DNA of 64,000 nucleotides from an uncultured Verrucomicrobiae bacterium (GTDB lineage Bacteria; Chlamydiota; Chlamydiia; Chlamydiales; Rhabdochlamydiaceae): NCBI GenBank assembly GCA_963731265.1, contig CAVSUE010000001.1, positions 864,997 to 928,996 of the forward strand, read 5' to 3'. Shown piece by piece: positions 58,345 to 64,000 of this stretch (position 1 is its first letter; each line of letters starts with the position of its first letter). The notes under the pieces were generated by a model. It saw only the letters and a program-made list of their open reading frames with translations, ran no database searches and was not told where the DNA came from. The position numbers and the translations under genes were made by a program.

Positions 58345-60492
58345 ATGTGTAAATGTTTTATATCCTTCATATTCATCGCTTTATGTGCTTTCTGTCAGGG
58401 AGATCCACATTTGATCCTCAATTTCACCGATCATTTATCGGCAGAAAAGATACAAGGTGTTAAAGATCAGTTGGATAAGTTTGATGGGGAGGAGATCCTC
58501 TTCGAAATCGATTCGAGATCAGGGGAGTTAGGGCCATCATTAGACCTTGCTCAACAATTACACGATCTGAGAGTCGCTAAAGGGGTAAAAATCGTTGTTT
58601 ATATCAAAAATCAAGCCTTAGGTCCCAGTGCTGTTTTCCCCCTTTTGGCCGACCGCCTTCTAGCGACTCCCACTTTTGTTTGGGGAAATATTATTTATGG
58701 GTCTGAGCTCCAAATCCCTTTTGACCAGCTCCAACGCCAAGTGCAGGGGATTATCCCAGACAACGTTCCCAATCCTTATGTCTTAAGGCTCGTTGCTCAG
58801 GCCATGATCGATCCTAAGGTCGATGTTGTGAATGAAAAGGGGTGGAAACTCGTCCCCGTCAATCCCCCTCATTCGGCCCCCTTGATCCTAAATCGTTCCG
58901 AACTTGCCAATATGCGGTTCGTGATCGAGTCGCTTCTTCCCGAGCAATTTAACCTCGCTTATGGGGCCAAAACCCAAAATCTCATTTCCTCCATTCCTTC
59001 GGTAGATGCAGAGCTAGCAGAATTGATCCATTACAAAAAAACCGGGGATAATCTTGTCGGTTATCTTTACATCGGTCCCGACAGGCCGATTGACCAGACG
59101 ACATATCTGCATATCAAGTTTGCTTTGGAAGAATATAAAAAGAAAAACGTGATCTTTGTCATGCTGCGTTTAAATACTCCTGGCGGTGAGCTGCTGCCTG
59201 CGATGAAGATAGCCGAACTCTTACAGCAATTCGACAGGGAAAATGGTCTTCCGGTCGTGGCTGTCGTTTACAATTGGGCTCTTTCCGCGGGGGCCATGCT
59301 CGCTTACTCCTGCCGTTTTATCGCCGTGACCGAAAGCGCATTGATGGGCGCTGCGCAACCTGTCATTACCAAGCCCGAAGGTGTTCTGGAAGCTGCTCCG
59401 GAGAAGATCAGGTCCGCATTGCGCGCGGAATTTGCAAGTTTAGCAAAATTTTACGAACGCAATCCTTTGATCGCCGAAGCGATGGTCGATCCCGATATCG
59501 TTCTCGTCATTAGAAACGGCGAGGTTGTCCAGCTCCAAGCTGACAAGGAAATTCAGACGCAAGGGGATCATCCCGATATCGTCATTACCACGCAGGGAAA
59601 ACTGCTCACTTTGGACTCCCAGCAACTTTTGGAATGGGGCGTGGCGGATATCGCGGTACCGATTTTGATCACGCGAACGATCACGCCCCTCGAAAAGGAG
59701 ATGGGGGAGTGGCCTGCTGAACAAAGCCAGCTTTTTCACTATCCATTCTTTGCGAATATTCCCAACGCGGAAATGATCAATTATCATAATTGGAAAGTGG
59801 GTTTTTTCGCTTTTTTGACGCATCCAATCGTCGCCTCTCTGTTGATGCTTGGCCTTATCATCGGCGTCTACATGGAACTTAGCCAGCCCGGCTTGGGGCT
59901 GGCTGGCATCATCGCTTTGATCTGTTTGGGGGTGATTCTCTGGCCCAATTTTACATTGGAAACAATCGGGTGGCTTGAAATTTTGATCATCGCAATAGGG
60001 GTTGTCCTGGTTCTGGCAGAGCTTTTCATATTGCCTGGATTTGGCTTTTTGGCCGCGGTGGGCACAGCCCTGATTCTCTTTGTAGTTTTTGCCCTATTAC
60101 TGCCGGATTTCGAGTCGGTGAATTTTTCCTGGAACTGGAAAGAATGGAATTTGGCGACAATGGAGTATATGAATGACTTGGCTTTTTATTTGGGGGCTCT
60201 CGTCATCGCCTTGATCATCGTCATTTTGATGGCCCGTTATCTCACTCCGCGCCTTCTAACGAAAAGCCGGGTCGTCCTGCAAACAGAACAGGAAGGGCCC
60301 GAACCGATCTCGCTGCCGGCTGTCCATACAGAGGGGGTAGCCTTTACTTCCTTGCGCCCCGGAGGAAAAATTTTAATCCCTCCTCATTTGTACGATGCCC
60401 TTTCCGAAGGAGGATTCATCGAAAGAGGGGAGATAGTCATTGTCAGGAAAATTCAGGGAAATGTTATCATCGTCGCGAAAAAAATAGAATAA
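58345..60492 (+). CDS. NfeD family membrane-bound ClpP-class serine protease with duplicated N-terminal domain
   Basis: LRLNTPGG, ALSAGAMLA, MGAAQP, MVD, LLTL; 4-5 TMs with LPGFG; C-terminal OB-like LRPGGKI. Confidence 0.88.
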   Translation: MCKCFISFIFIALCAFCQGDPHLILNFTDHLSAEKIQGVKDQLDKFDGEEILFEIDSRSGELGPSLDLAQQLHDLRVAKGVKIVVYIKNQALGPSAVFPLLADRLLATPTFVWGNIIYGSELQIPFDQLQRQVQGIIPDNVPNPYVLRLVAQAMIDPKVDVVNEKGWKLVPVNPPHSAPLILNRSELANMRFVIESLLPEQFNLAYGAKTQNLISSIPSVDAELAELIHYKKTGDNLVGYLYIGPDRPIDQTTYLHIKFALEEYKKKNVIFVMLRLNTPGGELLPAMKIAELLQQFDRENGLPVVAVVYNWALSAGAMLAYSCRFIAVTESALMGAAQPVITKPEGVLEAAPEKIRSALRAEFASLAKFYERNPLIAEAMVDPDIVLVIRNGEVVQLQADKEIQTQGDHPDIVITTQGKLLTLDSQQLLEWGVADIAVPILITRTITPLEKEMGEWPAEQSQLFHYPFFANIPNAEMINYHNWKVGFFAFLTHPIVASLLMLGLIIGVYMELSQPGLGLAGIIALICLGVILWPNFTLETIGWLEILIIAIGVVLVLAELFILPGFGFLAAVGTALILFVVFALLLPDFESVNFSWNWKEWNLATMEYMNDLAFYLGALVIALIIVILMARYLTPRLLTKSRVVLQTEQEGPEPISLPAVHTEGVAFTSLRPGGKILIPPHLYDALSEGGFIERGEIVIVRKIQGNVIIVAKKIE

Positions 60493-60775
60493 AGTGAATA
60501 TGGCGATCTGACGCTTCTCGTCAGCCTCGTGGCCCGTTACAAAAATTTTTGCAACGGGGCACTGGGACTTGGTTTTGCCAACTGTCCTCCATTCTTGGGC
60601 ATCGCATATGTGTTTATTTTGATTGTTTTGGTCTTTATGACCTGTAAATTTGCGCTCTGGCGCTTACAGTGTTCCAAGGAAAGGGGGAAATAAATTTTAA
60701 TTAATCTTTACGGATACCTCCGATCCCTTCACTTTGGTATAATCTAGCCTTAAAAAAAAATTTGGCGGCGCTCTT

Positions 60776-61570
60776 ATGACCAGTACAATTCAAAGTCAAA
60801 GTTTAAATCTTCCCACACAGTTCCAGCAATTTTTTTCTTCCGTTGGATCGATGCTGACTTCCCTTTGCGAGAACACCGATTCCGCTTTCCGCCGCGTCCA
60901 TGTGATGAAGAGAGATGCAAATGGCAATATCAGGCTGTTCGACGTTAGAGATGAGAATACATCAACAACCGGTGAAATGAGAAAAACGACGCTCATCACC
61001 TATGTAGAAGATATTAAAACGGGGGAAATGACCCTAGACGAACCGCACTATGTCATTTCGATCAAATGCTTTCTTATCGCCCTTGGGATGCCTTTTTATG
61101 CCATTGGGAAAATGGCTTGGTATACTTTCAAAACTCCCTTCGAGATCACGGCTATTGCCACTCGAGCTATCCTTGAAGCGGGGCGGCAGTTCGCCTATGG
61201 GAGATTTTATGAGGGCTTTGGGGGATTGAGCAAAGCCGTTTCCCTCAGTTCGGAGAGGTTGGGGTATGGTCTTGGTGAGATCGTTAAGGCCCCGCTCTTT
61301 GGTTTGGGAGGCGTTCTCGCAGGTCTTTACGGCGTTGTAAAGCCGTACCATGGGAGAAAGATTGAGGCCATCATCGAACACGCCTGGCAGAACGGCGCTT
61401 CATACAAAGAAGATTTGCGCCAAGTTCCAGCTCGTCCCGGAGAAAACTGTTGGGAAGCTTTTGTCAAAGACGTCATTGATGCCCATCCGTTCTATTTGGC
61501 GCATTGTTTCCAGGTCCGCGGCAACATCAGCGATTCAAACCTCGTCGTGATCCGAAGATCGCCCCTTTGA
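60776..61570 (+). CDS. Hypothetical membrane-associated protein; its stop codon is supplied by the IS right end
   Basis: 264-aa ORF with hydrophobic segments; ends SPL-TGA at the IS boundary. Confidence 0.7.
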   Translation: MTSTIQSQSLNLPTQFQQFFSSVGSMLTSLCENTDSAFRRVHVMKRDANGNIRLFDVRDENTSTTGEMRKTTLITYVEDIKTGEMTLDEPHYVISIKCFLIALGMPFYAIGKMAWYTFKTPFEITAIATRAILEAGRQFAYGRFYEGFGGLSKAVSLSSERLGYGLGEIVKAPLFGLGGVLAGLYGVVKPYHGRKIEAIIEHAWQNGASYKEDLRQVPARPGENCWEAFVKDVIDAHPFYLAHCFQVRGNISDSNLVVIRRSPL

Positions 61571-61700
61571 ACCTCCCTCGCCTAAAGCGAGGGATTCTTG
61601 CTTCATCGCTCTCCTTAAGGAGTCGCTCCACAAGCTTTTAAGACCCTCATCCCAACGGCCTTTTCAAGGATCGCGCTATTGAGGTCCCGGTCAATGACCA
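61550..61700 (-). ncRNA. Predicted TnpB omegaRNA (tnpB 3' end + RE; guide from the flank)
   Basis: Position inferred from established TnpB biology; boundaries approximate. Confidence 0.5.
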
Positions 61701-62766
61701 GTGAACAATGGGGACATCGATAGTAACGATCGCTTAATTTCATTTTTTTCTTACATCTGCAACCGCTGCATGTTTGCGTACTGGGAAAGTACGGCGACGT
61801 TTCCACAAAGTGTTTTCCCAGTGCCTTTGCTTTGTATTCAAGGCATCTTAAAAAGTGGCGCCACCTTGCATCGGCTATGGCTCGGGACATACTTTTTGTC
61901 CCTTTCTCGATGAGATTGGCAATTTTGAGTCCCTCTACACAAATGATGTGGTGGCTCTTGACTACATTTGTCGATAGTTTGTGTGCAAAATCTTCTCTGC
62001 AATGCTTGATTTTGGCATGCAGTTTAGCGAGTTGTTTTTTGGCTTTTAACCAATTTTTACTAAATTTGACTTTTTTCGAAAGTCGTCTGGATAAGACACG
62101 AAGTCGAGGTAAATATTTAGCTAAGAAGCGGGGATTGGAGACATACGTGGACTTGTTGTTGCTCCCCGATGCCATGGTGGCAAACCGTGTTAACCCCATG
62201 TCAATGCCTACGGCTTTTTCATCTTGTAGGGGGACGGCTGGCGGATCTGGAATTTCATATTCTGTGGAAAAGGCGATGTACCAGTGCTCTCCCTCTCGAG
62301 TAATGGTTGTCTGTTTGATCGTTCCTTCTATCTCGCGCGACTTGTGGAATCTTGTCCATTCGATTTTGGGTAAATAAACGTTGTCTGCTTCGACTTTGAC
62401 CCCTTGTGGATAGCGGAAACTATCCCGAACCCCTTTGCATTTGAAGCGTGGAAATCCTGGCTTTTTACCTAATTTTACGTTTTGGAAGAAGTTTTGAAAA
62501 GCTCTCTCTAAATTTTGAAGGGCTTGTTGGAGGACCTGTGAATGAATCTCTTTCAACCATTGAGTAGTTTCTTGCTTCTTAAGGGATACGAGTTCGTTGT
62601 TTTGATCGTAATGTTTGATCGATTTCCCTTCTTTTTCATAGGCTGTCTTCCTTTGCTCAAACCCTCGATTGTAAAGAAAACGAGAAGCCCCAGCATACTG
62701 GGCAAATAGTTGCCTACGACTTGTTGTGGGGTCAAGTCGATATTTAAATCCCTTTTTCAAAAGCAT
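61615..62766 (-). CDS. tnpB: RNA-guided endonuclease TnpB
   Basis: HTH FKYRLDPT; RuvC VGIDMG / VEGL / DRDLNSA; Zn finger CSGC..CPHC. Confidence 0.95.
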   Translation of the reverse strand: MLLKKGFKYRLDPTTSRRQLFAQYAGASRFLYNRGFEQRKTAYEKEGKSIKHYDQNNELVSLKKQETTQWLKEIHSQVLQQALQNLERAFQNFFQNVKLGKKPGFPRFKCKGVRDSFRYPQGVKVEADNVYLPKIEWTRFHKSREIEGTIKQTTITREGEHWYIAFSTEYEIPDPPAVPLQDEKAVGIDMGLTRFATMASGSNNKSTYVSNPRFLAKYLPRLRVLSRRLSKKVKFSKNWLKAKKQLAKLHAKIKHCREDFAHKLSTNVVKSHHIICVEGLKIANLIEKGTKSMSRAIADARWRHFLRCLEYKAKALGKHFVETSPYFPSTQTCSGCRCKKKMKLSDRYYRCPHCSLVIDRDLNSAILEKAVGMRVLKACGATP

Positions 62767-62789
62767 CGCACTATGCTAATTTTAGCCTA

Positions 62790-62901
62790 TGAACCCAGGC
62801 CTTAAGGCCTGGGATTAAGTTGGGGCCGAGTTTCGTACTCGGCCCAACATTGTTTTTGAAAATACCCGGCCCTTAAGGGCCGGGTTTCCGCCAGAGGACG
62901 G
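62790..62901 (-). mobile_element. IS605-derived mini-element, copy 3, inserted at the tnpA start codon
   Basis: Reverse-complement match to 4920-5032; abuts ATGAA at 62902. Confidence 0.82.
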
Positions 62902-63314
62902 ATGAAAAAGTCAATGATTTGAGGCATGGAAGAACATGCGTATTTGCAATGCACGTACACTTGGTCTTTGTTACAAAGTATCGAAGGAAAGTATTCACTC
63001 AACAAGTCATGCGTGAATTGAAGTTGATATTCACAAGCGTATGTAAAGACTTTGAGGCAACACTTATAGAATTCGATGGCGAGCAAGATCATGTGCAATT
63101 GCTTGTGAGTTATCCTCCAAAAATATCTGTTTCAAAACTTGTGAATTCCCTAAAGGGTGTATCATCACGTCTTCTTAGGAACAAAGGGTTTCCTTCTGTT
63201 CAACAGGCGCTTTGGGGAAAAAATCTCTGGTCGCCTAGTTATTTTGCGGGATCTTGTGGAGGTGCTCCAATTTCTATCATCCGACAATACATTGAAAATC
63301 AGCAATCACCCTAA
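62902..63314 (+). pseudogene. tnpA: IS200/IS605 Y1 transposase, apparently damaged
   Basis: HVHLVFVTKYRR, LKGVSSR, WSPSYF, YIENQ. ATG 62902 is out of frame (5-A run), and the HUH motif reads HVQ (63090-63098). Confidence 0.85.
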
Positions 63315-63391
63315 CAATGATATAGGCGAAACGGCGCGATTCATCTCGGCCCTAAAGGGACCGAGTTTTCTCGCGTCTAGTGGATAAAGCG

Positions 63392-63871
63392 CTATTCGTT
63401 TGTTTCCTCGAGCTCCTCTAAGGAAGTCAAAGCGCGCACTTCGACCTGGGATTCTGAGATTAAAACTTTCTTGTTGTCGATCTGTACGATGTAAAGCATC
63501 GATTTTGGGCTGAGCGCGCGCCGTTCCAGAATGTTGATCCCATTGCCTGAACCTACTTTAAATTTTCCTTTTCCAAGTCTTCGCAAAATCCAAAAAGTCG
63601 CAAAAACTAAAAGAACGAGTCCGGTCAACGTCACCAACATACGGACAAAAGCCCCTTCATAAGAAGTCGTCATCTCCTTCGAAGAAGGAAGAGGCGCTGG
63701 AACTCCCTGGTTGGATTGGGAGGGAAGCGGTTGTTCGCTGGGGGCGGGGGATTCTGAAGAGGAAGGCTGTTCTGTGGCAGGTGGAGAAGTTTCCGCATTC
63801 TGCATTTCATCTGAATAACCTCTCGATGCACTAAATAAAACAAAAACAATGAATAATTTTTTAAAGCTCAT
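63392..63871 (-). CDS. FliO-like family protein
   Basis: Signal, P/S-rich linker, TM, INILERRALSPKSMLYIVQIDNKKVLI. Confidence 0.8.
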   Translation of the reverse strand: MSFKKLFIVFVLFSASRGYSDEMQNAETSPPATEQPSSSESPAPSEQPLPSQSNQGVPAPLPSSKEMTTSYEGAFVRMLVTLTGLVLLVFATFWILRRLGKGKFKVGSGNGINILERRALSPKSMLYIVQIDNKKVLISESQVEVRALTSLEELEETNE

Positions 63872-63951
63872 ATACTCCAAAAAGCGAAAGTATAGAAGCA
63901 GTCTGCGATTCTTGTTAATTTTTTTCAACAGTTCCTGTTAAATTCCATTCT

Positions 63952-64000
63952 ATGCGCAAACATGTTGGATGGATAGCCTTAGATATTGACGGAACGATCA
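63952..64000 (+). CDS. HAD (Cof-type) hydrolase, partial at the window end
   Basis: MRKHVGWIALDIDGTI (motif I DxDGT). Confidence 0.7.
   Translation, partial: MRKHVGWIALDIDGTI

Larger units (their letters stand above)
61567..63383 (-). mobile_element. IS200/IS605-family element (IS605 group, divergent tnpA/tnpB)
   Basis: On the minus strand, the target TTTAT (63384-63388) is followed by the LE hairpin CTCGGTCCCTTTAGGGCCGAG; the RE hairpin CCCTCGCTTTAGGCGAGGG ends GGTTCAA; no TSD. Confidence 0.92.

Noticed and set aside
60493-60690. Possible flotillin/SPFH remnant (LLVSLVARYK) after nfeD
   Set aside because: Only a few residues resemble it, there is no start codon, and the similarity does not continue.
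62802-63098. 98-aa minus-strand ORF and 63157-63387 plus-strand ORF inside the IS
   Set aside because: Shadows of tnpA and the IS ends.
61567-63383. IStron, or a Cas12-like system with an array
   Set aside because: No group I intron core or CRISPR repeats next to tnpB; size and motifs fit an ordinary TnpB.
1-64000. CRISPR array, tRNA, rRNA
   Set aside because: No regularly spaced repeat-spacer series and no cloverleaf or rRNA signature seen; the repeats are dispersed palindromes.

Overview
This window looks like environmental Chlamydiota DNA. The basis is a T3SS translocator operon in CT863-860-like order plus chlamydial-type mlaFED, tamAB, tgt/yhhQ and NfeD genes; the assignment is inferred from gene content. 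No rRNA, tRNA or CRISPR array was seen. The housekeeping backbone (MFS, NSS and PiT transporters, speE, tdk, udk, tgt, yhhQ, MarC, Mla, Tam, hemL) is interspersed with candidate effectors and many small palindromic insertions. The main observations are: (1) a twice-frameshifted Rhs/YD gene of about 1,580 aa whose domain order appears circularly permuted (signal peptide, C-terminal YD half and DPLGL core, papain-like domain, DUF1598-like domain, DUF6531-like domain, N-terminal YD half), surrounded by an uncharacterised paralogous small-protein family and a second truncated gene start; (2) three copies of a ~113-bp IS605-derived mini-element that always sit 3' of TTCAT, i.e. directly in front of ATGAA start codons, with an SD-like sequence in the two full copies, one of which is inserted at the tnpA start of an IS605 with a damaged tnpA and an intact tnpB; (3) five tandem membrane-anchored kinase-like paralogs; (4) two inverted-repeat-bounded GxxExxY cassettes with shared termini; (5) candidate effectors with tandem HEPN-like, CE-clan protease-like, CBM20-like and flavoenzyme+HhH signatures. 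All domain calls are by-eye motif recognition; no database searches were run.
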